Shown here in pieces: positions 8,703 through 18,145 of a DNA stretch of 47,857 nt; position 1 is the first letter of the stretch; every line of letters starts with the position of its first letter. The notes beneath the pieces were generated by a model. That model was not told the origin of the DNA and did no database searches. It saw only the letters and a list, made by a program, of their open reading frames with translations. Position numbers and translations under genes: made by a program. This DNA is from an uncultured Acidimicrobiaceae bacterium. Lineage in GTDB: Bacteria > Actinomycetota > Acidimicrobiia > Acidimicrobiales > RAAP-2. Location: positions 1-47,857 of the forward strand of contig CALGFJ010000061.1 in NCBI GenBank assembly GCA_937881055.1, given 5' to 3'.

Positions 8703-9509
8703 GTGGCCGCGTTCAAGAAATCCTCGGGAATCGCGCTCGCCGTTTTTGCCGTCGCCCTCACGACTATGGGTGTCGTGCTGGCCGCCACCGATTCAAACCC
8801 TTCGGGGATCGCGAAAGACCCGCTGGTCTTGAACGGGATCCCTCCTCATTCGGCGAGTGTGCTGATGACGGTGTCGAACGGACAGTCGTACAACGTGTCG
8901 GCGACGATCAACGTCAATTTCGACACTTCACGAGCGCAGGCCATCGTCCAGTTCCCTCTCCTCTTTTCTCAGACGTCGGTCGATCTTCGCCTCATCGGCG
9001 ATCACGTCTACGCCGAGGCGGCCGACATCTCGTCGGGAAAGTGGCTCGAGATCAACGCTCGCCCGCCGTCGTTCTTCGGTTTCGCATTGGAGATGACGCA
9101 GCCGGCGTCGGACCTGAAATTGATCAAGAGTTTCGATCACGAGTCCGTCACGAAGAGTGGCTATTCGACGACGTATGACTTTTCGAGTAACGACGTCGCG
9201 CTCAGCAATGTCCTCGGCACGCCGAAGAAGACCGTGCTCGGTTCGTTGGACATCACCATTGCGACCGGGAGCGGGGGAGAAGTGACGGGCGCGACGATGA
9301 CGTCGAGGTCGCGCCACGACATGAGCAAGGTCGTCTTCCGTGTGCTTTCCTACAACAAGCCCGCGCGGATTGCCGCCCCGTCAGCGAGCGACGTGAATCC
9401 CCTCAAGGTCTCCTCGCTTCGCCAACTGTTCTCCTCGACTTCAATCGCCACGTTGCTGTTACCCGACAATCTCTCGTCGTTGGGTCAAGGGACCGCGCAG
9501 GTAAGTTGA
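8703..9509 (+). CDS. Secreted or membrane-anchored hypothetical protein, possibly LppX/LprAFG-like fold
   Basis: N-terminal signal/anchor, beta-rich body and a SYNKPARIAAPSASDV motif resembling LppX-family C-termini. No lipobox cysteine. Confidence 0.55.
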   Translation: MAAFKKSSGIALAVFAVALTTMGVVLAATDSNPSGIAKDPLVLNGIPPHSASVLMTVSNGQSYNVSATINVNFDTSRAQAIVQFPLLFSQTSVDLRLIGDHVYAEAADISSGKWLEINARPPSFFGFALEMTQPASDLKLIKSFDHESVTKSGYSTTYDFSSNDVALSNVLGTPKKTVLGSLDITIATGSGGEVTGATMTSRSRHDMSKVVFRVLSYNKPARIAAPSASDVNPLKVSSLRQLFSSTSIATLLLPDNLSSLGQGTAQVS

Positions 9510-10150
9510 GCCCCGTCAGCGTCAGCCCCGAGCCTCGATGGCCCGCGTCGCTCGCCCTCGTCGTGTGCGTCGCGCTGTACGTGGTGTTGCCCAATCGACT
9601 CGTCGTGGGGCCGCACTGGCTCCTCCCGGTCCTCGTGGCCCTTCCGCTCGGCCCGCTGTCGGCGAGGAAGCATCGCCACCCCAACGAGAGCCCGTGGATA
9701 CGACACGCCACGATCGGCCTCATCGCGTTGGTCACGCTCGCCAACGTCACGTCGATGGTGCTGTTAGTGCACCACCTGCTGGTGACCCATCTGTCCCAGG
9801 GACGTCCGTTGATCTACTCGGCGGTCGCGGTGTGGCTGACGAACGTCATCGTGTACGGACTGTGGTTCTGGGAGGTCGACCGTGGCGGTCCCCATCGTCG
9901 TGCCTCGGGCGCGAAGCTACTGCCCGACCTGCAGTTCCCCCAGATGGAGAATCCGCAATTGGCGCCCGAACACTGGCGACCTCGTTTCACCGACTACCTC
10001 TACACCTCGCTCGCCAACGGCACGAGTTTCGCGCCCGCGGACGCGATGCCGCTCACGTTGCGGATGAAGGTGCTGTTCACGACGGAGTCGATCGTGTCGC
10101 TCGTCACGATCGCCGTGGTCGCGGCGCGCGCGGTCAACATCCTGCACTAG
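9506..10150 (+). CDS. DUF1345-like membrane protein
   Basis: EPRWPA N-terminus, WFWEVDRGGP, PDLQFPQ, WRPRFTDYLY and DAMPLT motifs. TTG start overlaps the upstream stop codon. Confidence 0.75.
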   Translation: MSPVSVSPEPRWPASLALVVCVALYVVLPNRLVVGPHWLLPVLVALPLGPLSARKHRHPNESPWIRHATIGLIALVTLANVTSMVLLVHHLLVTHLSQGRPLIYSAVAVWLTNVIVYGLWFWEVDRGGPHRRASGAKLLPDLQFPQMENPQLAPEHWRPRFTDYLYTSLANGTSFAPADAMPLTLRMKVLFTTESIVSLVTIAVVAARAVNILH

Positions 10151-10155
10151 GCGCC

Positions 10156-11541
10156 TTAATCGACGAGGCGATCGAGCCACCGACTGGCGCGACTGACGCG
10201 GTCGTGCTTCGATTCGACGCGGTCGGCCCAGGAGGCCAGCGACAGTCCCGCATTGATGCCGATCCAGCGAAACGGTTCGAACTCCCATTTGCGTCCAATG
10301 CGTTGCACGAACGGCAGGCGAGTGCAGTCGCTCTCGGTGTCCGGACTCGTGATCAGATCGGCGAGCGCCGTCGCCGCCACGTGGCTGAGGACGACGCCAT
10401 CGCCGGTGTAGCCACCGGCGGACGCGAGGCCCGAGTCGTAGTCGACGCACGCGAACGGCGAATGGTCGCGCGCCATGGCCAGCGGGCCACCCCACGCGTG
10501 GGTGATCGAGCCCTCCATCATCGGGAAGAATTCTCGCAGGGTCGCCTCCAGTTTCTCGAAGACCTTCTGATTCGAGTCGAATCTCGTCTCCACTGACGAT
10601 CCGAAGTGGTACGGCGCACCGCGGCCGCCAAAAGCGATTCGGTCATCGCTCGTTCGCTGGCCGTAGATGATGAGGTGGCGATCGTCGGCGAAGGTCTCGT
10701 AGTGGGCGAAGCCGACGTCATCCCAGAAATCCTTCGACAGTGGTTCCGTCGCGATCATCAGCGAGTAAAGCGGGACGACCGTTCGACGTTCGTGCGGCAG
10801 GTTGGGCGTGAATCCTTCGGTCGCTCGCACCACGAAGTCGGCGTGGACGGTCGCACCCACCGTGATGACTTCGGCTCGGCGATCGTAACGCCCGGGGATA
10901 ATTCGCGTGACCGTGGTGTTCTCGAAGATCATCGCGCCGAGACGTTCGTTGACGTCACTGAGGCCCCGCACGAGACGGGCCGGGTCGATTCGAGCACAGT
11001 GTGGCGAGAACTGAGCGCCGAGTGCGCCCGCCACGCGACCGTGCGCGTCGAGGTCGGTTCCCTCGATCCAGCTGAGATCGTGCGCCCCGATTCCGACGTC
11101 GCGGGCCGACGAGATCTCCTGTGTGAGTCGTGCCACTTGGACCTCGCTCCGCGCGAAGTTCATCGTGCCGCCGTGAACGTAGCGCGCGTCGATGCCGTCA
11201 CTTCTCGTCGAGGAACCGAGTTCGACGACGGCGTCTTGGAGAACGCGACGCTGATGATCGAAGGACTCGTGGCCGTAGCGCCCGATGACGCTCGCGTTGC
11301 TCATCGGGAAGAGCCCCGACGCCCAGCCGCCGTTGCGGCCCGACGCGCCGAAACCGCAGACCTCTTTCTCGAGGACCGCGATGCGCAGCGAGGCGTCACG
11401 ACGAAGGAGTTCTCGCGCGGTCCAGAGACCAGTGAAGCCACCGCCAATGATCGCCACGTCGACGTCGAGATGGTGTTGCAGCGCCGCTCGGGGCGTGACC
11501 GCCTGCTCGAGGGATGACCACCACAGTGACTGCGATGGCAC
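10156..11541 (-). CDS. FAD-dependent amine oxidoreductase (DAO/PuuB-like)
   Basis: DVAIIGGGFTG FAD motif, GASGRNGG and GGYTGDGV. Last gene of the aminotransferase operon. Confidence 0.85.
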   Translation of the reverse strand: MPSQSLWWSSLEQAVTPRAALQHHLDVDVAIIGGGFTGLWTARELLRRDASLRIAVLEKEVCGFGASGRNGGWASGLFPMSNASVIGRYGHESFDHQRRVLQDAVVELGSSTRSDGIDARYVHGGTMNFARSEVQVARLTQEISSARDVGIGAHDLSWIEGTDLDAHGRVAGALGAQFSPHCARIDPARLVRGLSDVNERLGAMIFENTTVTRIIPGRYDRRAEVITVGATVHADFVVRATEGFTPNLPHERRTVVPLYSLMIATEPLSKDFWDDVGFAHYETFADDRHLIIYGQRTSDDRIAFGGRGAPYHFGSSVETRFDSNQKVFEKLEATLREFFPMMEGSITHAWGGPLAMARDHSPFACVDYDSGLASAGGYTGDGVVLSHVAATALADLITSPDTESDCTRLPFVQRIGRKWEFEPFRWIGINAGLSLASWADRVESKHDRVSRASRWLDRLVD

Positions 11542-11543
11542 GA

Positions 11544-12959
11544 TCAGATGAACTTGACGGCTCCGGTGAAAACCTCACGCATGGTGCCGACCATGAAATC
11601 AATGTCGGCCCGCGTCGAGATGAGCGGCGGCGCGAGTTGTACGACGGGGTCGCCCCGGTCGTCCGAACGACAGATGAGCCCGCGTCGGAACATCTCGGGT
11701 GACACGTAGCCGCGAAGGAGACGTTCCGCGTCCTCGCCGGCCCACGTTTCTTTGGTCACTTGGTTCTTCACCAGTTCCACGCCCCAGAAGTATCCGGTGC
11801 CGCGTACGTCGCCGACGATCGGGATGTCCTTCAGATTCAACAGGCTCTGACGGAAGTAGTCCTCATTGGCGAGCACGTTCTCCAGCACCTTTTCGTTCTC
11901 CATAATCTCGATGCTCTTGAGCGCGACGGCGCACGAGACCGGGTGACCGGACCACGTGAAGCCGTGGACGAACGACGCGTCACCGTGTTGGAAGGGTTCG
12001 GCCAAGCGGTCCGAGACGATCATCGCCCCGAGTGGGGCGTAACCGGCGGTGATGCCCTTCGCGCAGGTGATGATGTCCGGCACGTAGTCGTACTTCTGAC
12101 CACCGAACCAGGTACCGAGTCGCCCGAAGGCGCAGATGACGTCGTCCGAGACCAAGATGACGCCGTAGCGATCACAGATCTCTCGCACCGCCTGCCAATA
12201 GTTCGGCGGGGGAGTGAAGCAACCACCGGCGTTCTGCACGGGCTCTAAGAAGACCGCGGCCACCGTCTCGGGGCCTTCGCGAAGGATTGCCTCTTCGATC
12301 TGGTGGGCCTGCCACATCCCGAAGGCTTCGAAATCGTCGCCGTACTGTTCGGCGCGATAGAAGTTGACCGCGGGGACTTTGACGGCGCCCGGGACCAACG
12401 GTTCGAACGGCTGTCGGTATCCCTCGAGTGAGGTGATCGTGAGGGCGCCCAACGTGGTGCCGTGGTAGGCGACGTCGCGACTGATGACCTTGTAGCGATC
12501 GGTGTCGCCGCGCATCTTGTGGTACTGACGAGCGAGTTTCCACGCGCTCTCATTCGCCTCGGCGCCACCGGAAGTGAAGAACACGCGATTGAGGTCTCCC
12601 GGGGCGAGGCTCGCGATCTTCTCAGCGAGCGCAATGGCCTTCGGGTGGGCGTAGGTCCACAGGGGGAAGAAGGCCATCGTCGTCATCTGCTCGGCCGCCG
12701 CCGCGGCGATGTCCGCACGACCGTGACCGAGCATGTTGGTGAACAGTCCCGAGAGGCCGTCGAAGTACTCGGTGCCGTTCGCGTCGTAGACCCGCGTCCC
12801 TTCACCGCGCACCATGATCGGGATCTCGGACTGTTCGTCGTAGGCACCCATGCGTGACATCTGGAGCCAGAGGTGGCGCCGCGCGCGTTCGGAGTAATTA
12901 TGACTCGCGTGTTTCTCGTCCGTGAATTCAATTCCGTCGCTAATCGTTTCCAGCGTCAC
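11544..12959 (-). CDS. Class III PLP aminotransferase (omega-amine/putrescine:pyruvate type)
   Basis: DGLSGLF, FFTSGGAEANE, EPVQNAGG, DDVICAFGRLG, DIITCAKG and HGFTWSGHP motifs. GTG 12959 overlaps the lrp stop; ATG 12971 is an alternative start. Confidence 0.88.
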   Translation of the reverse strand: MTLETISDGIEFTDEKHASHNYSERARRHLWLQMSRMGAYDEQSEIPIMVRGEGTRVYDANGTEYFDGLSGLFTNMLGHGRADIAAAAAEQMTTMAFFPLWTYAHPKAIALAEKIASLAPGDLNRVFFTSGGAEANESAWKLARQYHKMRGDTDRYKVISRDVAYHGTTLGALTITSLEGYRQPFEPLVPGAVKVPAVNFYRAEQYGDDFEAFGMWQAHQIEEAILREGPETVAAVFLEPVQNAGGCFTPPPNYWQAVREICDRYGVILVSDDVICAFGRLGTWFGGQKYDYVPDIITCAKGITAGYAPLGAMIVSDRLAEPFQHGDASFVHGFTWSGHPVSCAVALKSIEIMENEKVLENVLANEDYFRQSLLNLKDIPIVGDVRGTGYFWGVELVKNQVTKETWAGEDAERLLRGYVSPEMFRRGLICRSDDRGDPVVQLAPPLISTRADIDFMVGTMREVFTGAVKFI

Positions 12960-13480
12960 TTGGTCCCCCATACGTAGGTCTGCTTTGAAAGCTTCAAATA
13001 CAGAAATGTTTCAACTTCCGTCACCCCCGGAATGCTCCGGATCGAGTCGTTCAAGAGGTGGACGAGCGCGTCGTCATCGACGGCGATGACTTCGGCGATG
13101 ATGTCGAAGCTGCCGGCGGTCATAACGACGTAATTGGCTTCGTCGATCGAGGCGATCTTGTCGGCGACGAGTCGCACGTCACCGTGTACTCGAATACCGA
13201 TCAGCGCTTCGCGACCGTAACCGAGTTGTAGAGGATCGGTGATCGCGACGATCTGCATCACACCGGAATCCTTCAGGCGTTGCACGCGACGACGCACGCC
13301 GGCCTCGGAGAGTCCCACCTCGGCCGCGATTGCGCCGTAGGCGCGACGACCATCACGTTGTAGATGGCTGATGATCTGTCGATCGATGGAGTCCAGGGCA
13401 TTCGGCGCGAGCGATACCAGATCTGAGGTCAAGCGCTCAGTGCTCTTCTTCGTCTGACGAATTGGTTTGGTCGCTGGCAT
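12956..13480 (-). CDS. Lrp/AsnC family transcriptional regulator
   Basis: LDSIDRQIISHLQRDGRRAY HTH, VGLSEAGVRRRVQRL, and a C-terminal RAM domain (AGSFDII). Confidence 0.9.
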   Translation of the reverse strand: MPATKPIRQTKKSTERLTSDLVSLAPNALDSIDRQIISHLQRDGRRAYGAIAAEVGLSEAGVRRRVQRLKDSGVMQIVAITDPLQLGYGREALIGIRVHGDVRLVADKIASIDEANYVVMTAGSFDIIAEVIAVDDDALVHLLNDSIRSIPGVTEVETFLYLKLSKQTYVWGTK

Positions 13481-13547
13481 TGGTCACTCCCGGCGAAGCA
13501 GCCCAAGAGCCCCCCGCTGCGGATAGAGACAGTATAGGGGCATGTGG

Positions 13548-13573
13548 CGACGAAAAGAGTCGTTTTTTTCGTC
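13548..13573. promoter_or_regulatory. Putative Lrp-type operator in the divergent promoter region
   Basis: CGAC-GAAAAGA-GTCG palindrome overlapping the inverted repeat GACGAAAA...TTTTCGTC, next to a minus-strand TATACT (13531-13536). Confidence 0.45.
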
Positions 13574-13675
13574 CTAGGGGACTTATATCTTCAATTTAGG
13601 TTGCGGGGTCCCGGCAATCTCTGGCAGAGTGGCTCAGGGCATCGCCGACAGGCGGTCCGTGACTTGGAGGGGAAT

Positions 13676-15103
13676 ATGCGCCGTTTGGACAATTTTGTCG
13701 GGGGCGAGTCCGTCGCTCCGAAGAGCCAAAAGTACGTCGAGTTGATAAATCCCGCGACGGGCGAGCCCTTCGCCGAGATGCCCGTCTCCAACGCCGCCGA
13801 CGTCGATCGCGCGCTCCATGTAGCGAACGCCGCGTTCCAAAGTTGGAAGCGCACGACGCCGTCGCAGCGCAGCCGCGCCCTCCAACAGATCGCCGACGTG
13901 CTCGAAGCGCACGCCGAAGAGTTGGTCGCCGTCGAAGCCGAGAACTGCGGGAAGATCATCGCACTGACGATGAGCGAAGAGATTCCGCCGATGATCGATC
14001 AGATTCGATTCTTCGCCGGTGCGGCGCGCCTCTTGGAGGGCCGCGGCGCGGCGGAGTACATGGAGGGCATGACGAGTTACGTGCGTCGCGAGCCCATCGG
14101 GGTGTGCGGTGCCGTGACGCCGTGGAACTACCCGATGATGATGGCGGTGTGGAAGTGGGCGCCCGCGATCGCCGCGGGCAACACGATGGTCCTTAAGCCC
14201 GGCGATTCGACACCGGCCTCGACGTTGTTGATGGCGCAACTGATGGCCGAGATTCTTCCCCCCGGCGTCTTCAACGTGGTGTGCGGTGACCGAGATACCG
14301 GACGGGCGCTCGTCGAGAATTCGATTCCGGCCATGGTCTCGGTCACGGGTTCGGTGCGCGCCGGAATGGAGGTCGCGTCCAGCGCCTCCCAGACCTTGAA
14401 GAAGGTCCACCTCGAGCTCGGGGGCAAGGCGCCGGTCATTGTCTTCGATGACGTCGATATCGCTTCGGCGGCCGAGAACATCGCGATCGCCGGTTATTTC
14501 AACGCGGGCCAAGACTGCACCGCCGCCACCCGGGTCCTCGCGGGACCCAAGGTGTACGGCGACTTCGTCGACGCATTGGCCGAACAGGCGAAGAACACCG
14601 TCATCGGACCGCCTGACAACGACGACGCGCTCTTCGGACCGGTCAATAACGTCAATCAGTTCGAGCGCGTCACCGGCTTCCTCGGTCGCGCGCCCGGACA
14701 CTCGTCACTCGCCGCCGGGGGCCACCACGTGGGCGACGCCGGATACTTCATCGAGCCGACGGTGGTGGCCGATCTCCACCAAGACGACGAGATGATTCAG
14801 AGTGAGATCTTCGGACCGGTAATCACGGTGCAGAAGTTCAGCGACGACGCCGAGGCACTCGCGTGGGCCAACGGCGTCGACTACGGGCTGGCGTCGTCGG
14901 TCTGGACGAGCGACCACGGACGCGCCATGCGCTTCACGAGGGACCTCGACTTCGGATGTGTGTGGGTTAACACCCACATTCCACTCGTCGCCGAGATGCC
15001 CCACGGCGGCTTCAAGAGGTCCGGCTACGGCAAAGACCTCTCGATGTACGGCTTCGAGGATTACACACGCGTCAAGCACGTGATGCACAACATCGAGTCG
15101 TGA
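13676..15103 (+). CDS. Gamma-aminobutyraldehyde dehydrogenase (PatD/Prr-like)
   Basis: [35 protein letters not shown] and [13 protein letters not shown] motifs. ATG 13676 follows GGAGG. Confidence 0.85.
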   Translation: MRRLDNFVGGESVAPKSQKYVELINPATGEPFAEMPVSNAADVDRALHVANAAFQSWKRTTPSQRSRALQQIADVLEAHAEELVAVEAENCGKIIALTMSEEIPPMIDQIRFFAGAARLLEGRGAAEYMEGMTSYVRREPIGVCGAVTPWNYPMMMAVWKWAPAIAAGNTMVLKPGDSTPASTLLMAQLMAEILPPGVFNVVCGDRDTGRALVENSIPAMVSVTGSVRAGMEVASSASQTLKKVHLELGGKAPVIVFDDVDIASAAENIAIAGYFNAGQDCTAATRVLAGPKVYGDFVDALAEQAKNTVIGPPDNDDALFGPVNNVNQFERVTGFLGRAPGHSSLAAGGHHVGDAGYFIEPTVVADLHQDDEMIQSEIFGPVITVQKFSDDAEALAWANGVDYGLASSVWTSDHGRAMRFTRDLDFGCVWVNTHIPLVAEMPHGGFKRSGYGKDLSMYGFEDYTRVKHVMHNIES

Positions 15104-15198
15104 GGTTGGCTTCAAACGGTCGTGAAGTTAGTTCACACGGGGGCGCATCGAGTGACTACCGTGGATGAGGCCCCGAACAACAGAGAGGGTGATCAACG

Positions 15199-16317
15199 AT
15201 GATCATCGGCGTACCAAAAGAGATCAAGACCGACGAATACCGCGTGGCGTTGACGCCCGCCGGTGCGAGAGAGCTCACCGGTGCAGGTCACCGAGTCCTC
15301 ATCGAACGAGGAGCCGGCGTGGGCTCGTCGATCGGCGACGCCGACTACGTGGCCAATGGAGCCACGATTGTCGAGTCGGCCGACGACGTCTGGTCTGAGA
15401 GTGATCTCTTGATGAAGGTGAAGGAGCCCATCGCTCCTGAGTATCACCGGCTGAGCGCCCACAAGAACCAAGTCCTCTTCACCTACCTCCACCTCGCCGC
15501 CTCGCGCGAGTGCACCGACGCACTGGTCGCAGCCAACAACGTGGCCATCGCGTACGAAACGGTGCGACTCCGCGACAACTCGCTGCCGCTGCTCACGCCC
15601 ATGAGTGAAGTGGCGGGTCGGATGGCCCCCTTGATGGCCGCGCACCATCTCATGCGTCCGGGCGGGGGACACGGGACGCTTATCAGCGGTGTGCCGGGTG
15701 TCGCACCGGCCAACGTCGTCGTCATCGGAGCGGGCGTCTCGGGACTCGCGGCGGCGACGATGGCCGCGGGACTTCACGCCAACGTGAAGATTCTCGATCG
15801 CAATCTCGAGCGACTGCGCCAAGTCGACATCCACTTCGATGGACGAGTACAGACCATCGCGTCCTCGACGCTCGCCCTCGAAGACGCGTGCCTCGACGCC
15901 GACATCGTGATCGGTGCCGTGCTGGTGGTGGGGGCGAAGGCGCCCAAGCTCGTGAGTAACGATCTCGTGGCCCGGATGCGCCCGGGCTCGGTCCTGGTCG
16001 ACATCTCGGTCGACCAGGGTGGCTGCTTCGAAGCGACCCATCCGACGACGCACTCGGATCCGGTCTTCGAAGTCAACGGTTCGATCTTCTACTGCGTGGC
16101 GAACATGCCGGGCGCCTTTCCGTACACGTCGACGTACGCCCTCGCGAACGCGACATTGCCGTACGCGATGGAACTGGCTCGCCACGGATGGCGCGAGGCG
16201 GTGGTCGCCGATGACGCACTCGCCGAAGGCGTCAACGTCGTCGAAGGCGACGTCACCTACGGCCCCGTCGCCGAGTCACTCGGCGTGCCCTTCAGTCCAC
16301 TACGCTCGCTCTTATAA
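15199..16317 (+). CDS. ald: Alanine dehydrogenase
   Basis: IGVPKEIK..EYRVALTP, MSEVAGR, DISVDQGGCFE and YCVANMPGA motifs. Confidence 0.95.
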   Translation: MIIGVPKEIKTDEYRVALTPAGARELTGAGHRVLIERGAGVGSSIGDADYVANGATIVESADDVWSESDLLMKVKEPIAPEYHRLSAHKNQVLFTYLHLAASRECTDALVAANNVAIAYETVRLRDNSLPLLTPMSEVAGRMAPLMAAHHLMRPGGGHGTLISGVPGVAPANVVVIGAGVSGLAAATMAAGLHANVKILDRNLERLRQVDIHFDGRVQTIASSTLALEDACLDADIVIGAVLVVGAKAPKLVSNDLVARMRPGSVLVDISVDQGGCFEATHPTTHSDPVFEVNGSIFYCVANMPGAFPYTSTYALANATLPYAMELARHGWREAVVADDALAEGVNVVEGDVTYGPVAESLGVPFSPLRSLL

Positions 16318-16387
16318 TTGACGGCGGCGCGACGGGCGTAGTGGCCGTGTGTACGACTCTTTTATCTAGCGCTGCACGGGGGAATTA

Positions 16388-17923
16388 ATGTCGGACGCTT
16401 CAGTGAGTCACGTCGTGCACGCTGAAACACCCGATCCGCGTCGATGGTTCGCGCTCGTCGTGATCGGCATCGCCCAACTAATGGTGATTCTCGACGCCTC
16501 AATCGTGAACATCGCGTTGCCGCACGCCGCTCTGCCCAAGGCGCTCGGCGGACTAGCGATAGCCCAGAAGAACTATCAGTGGGCGATCACCGCCTACACC
16601 TTGACCTTCGGCGGATTCCTGTTGCTGGGCGGACGCATCGGCGACTACATGGGCCGAAAGAAGTCCTTCCTCATTGGCCTGCTCGGCTTCGCCGGAGCAT
16701 CGTTGCTCGGGGGCTTCGCGCAGAATCAGCAATGGCTCTTCGGCGCGCGTGCCCTGCAGGGACTCTTTGGCGCCTTGCTCGCGCCCGCGGCGTTGTCGCT
16801 CATTTCTGTGACCTTCACCGATTCCAAAGAGCGCGCGAAGGCCTTCGGCGTCTACGGCGCCCTCGCGGGCGTCGGCGGAGCGATCGGACTCATCGCGGGA
16901 GGTCTCTTAACGCAGTACTTCTCGTGGCGGTGGTGCCTCTTCGTCAACACGCCCATGGCCATCATCGCGTTCTCTCTCGCGGTTCCGAATGTCCGTGAAT
17001 CCAAGGTCGAGGGTCATCCGCACTACGACGTCCCCGGGGCCTTGACCGCGACGGCCGGCATGTTGAGCGTGGTGTTCGGCGTCTCCCATGCGTCCACGGA
17101 CGGCTGGGGCTCGTCGAGCGCGTGGCCGTTCATGGCCCTCGGTGCCTTCTTACTCTTCGTGTTCTTCGTGATCGAGAGTCGCATCAAAGAACCGCTCTTA
17201 CCGCTACGACTGATCACCGACCGTGTTCGGGCGGGCGCGTTCCTCGCTCAACTGTTCGTCGGACTGGGCCTCTTCGGGATGTTCCTCTTCATGACGTTCT
17301 ACTTCCAGAACGTCGAGCAGTATTCGGCCGTGAAGACCGGTCTGTTGTTCATGCCGTTCTCGATCGGCATCATCCTCGCGGCGGGAATGACGAGCCAGTT
17401 GCTGCCAAAGATCGGGCCCCGTCCCCTCGCCACGCTCGGTAATTTGATGGCGGCCTTCGGGATGCTCTACCTCTCGTTCATCAAAGTCGATAGCTCCTAC
17501 GTCACCGGCGTGATGCCCGCGATGATCGTCACAAGCCTTGGACTCGGAATGGCGTTCGTGTCGATCGCCTCCACGGCCCTGTTCAACGTACGGCCCCAAG
17601 ACACCGGCGCCGCGTCCGCCGTACTGACGACCTCCCAACAGATCGGCGGCTCTTTCGGTACCGCGATCGCCAACACAATCGTCGTCTCCAGTGGAACCGC
17701 GTTCATGGTGGCGGCCCTGAAGTCGCACCCGTCGCTCTCGGTGAAGGCCAAGTTGCTGTTGGCGGCGACGGCCCACGTGCACGGCTACGACGAGTCGTTC
17801 CGCTACGGATCGCTGATGCTCTTCATCGCCGCGCTGGCGTTCTTTTCGCTGGTGAACATCGATCGACACCACCTCGGCCAACACGACGAAGCGGCGCCCG
17901 AGGTCTATCCGGCTTCGACGTAG
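16388..17923 (+). CDS. MFS drug:H+ antiporter-2 (14-TMS, EmrB/QacA-like)
   Basis: LDASIVNIALP, GGRIGDYMGRK and WRWCLFVN motifs. Confidence 0.88.
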   Translation: MSDASVSHVVHAETPDPRRWFALVVIGIAQLMVILDASIVNIALPHAALPKALGGLAIAQKNYQWAITAYTLTFGGFLLLGGRIGDYMGRKKSFLIGLLGFAGASLLGGFAQNQQWLFGARALQGLFGALLAPAALSLISVTFTDSKERAKAFGVYGALAGVGGAIGLIAGGLLTQYFSWRWCLFVNTPMAIIAFSLAVPNVRESKVEGHPHYDVPGALTATAGMLSVVFGVSHASTDGWGSSSAWPFMALGAFLLFVFFVIESRIKEPLLPLRLITDRVRAGAFLAQLFVGLGLFGMFLFMTFYFQNVEQYSAVKTGLLFMPFSIGIILAAGMTSQLLPKIGPRPLATLGNLMAAFGMLYLSFIKVDSSYVTGVMPAMIVTSLGLGMAFVSIASTALFNVRPQDTGAASAVLTTSQQIGGSFGTAIANTIVVSSGTAFMVAALKSHPSLSVKAKLLLAATAHVHGYDESFRYGSLMLFIAALAFFSLVNIDRHHLGQHDEAAPEVYPAST

Positions 17924-18126
17924 GGACAGTGGCGACAGCCACTCTCACAACACGTCCCGCGAGCCAGGTGGGTGGCCGACGTCAGTACCATGAGTCCCGA
18001 CGATGGATCGCGGTACGTCGGTTTGCCGGCGATGACCGCGGCTTTGTGGGCGGCGATGATGGCGTCATAGTCCGAACGCGACGGATCGCAACGACTCGGG
18101 TGCGGCCGAGGGACCAAAGAACTCAC
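17905..18126 (-). CDS. Small Cys-rich DUF5522-like protein
   Basis: AHKAA..G..TYRDPSSGLMVLT..HLARGTCCESGCRHCPY motif. GTG start lies 6 nt after TAGTTT. Confidence 0.8.
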   Translation of the reverse strand: MSSLVPRPHPSRCDPSRSDYDAIIAAHKAAVIAGKPTYRDPSSGLMVLTSATHLARGTCCESGCRHCPYVEAG

Positions 18127-18145
18127 TGCGCCAAACTAATGGGGC

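Noticed and set aside
15122-15136. GTGAA-N5-TTCAC palindrome upstream of ald as a Rex or CRP site
   Set aside because: The spacing fits neither Rex (TTGTGAA-N4-TTCACAA) nor CRP (TGTGA-N6-TCACA). Too short to support a call.
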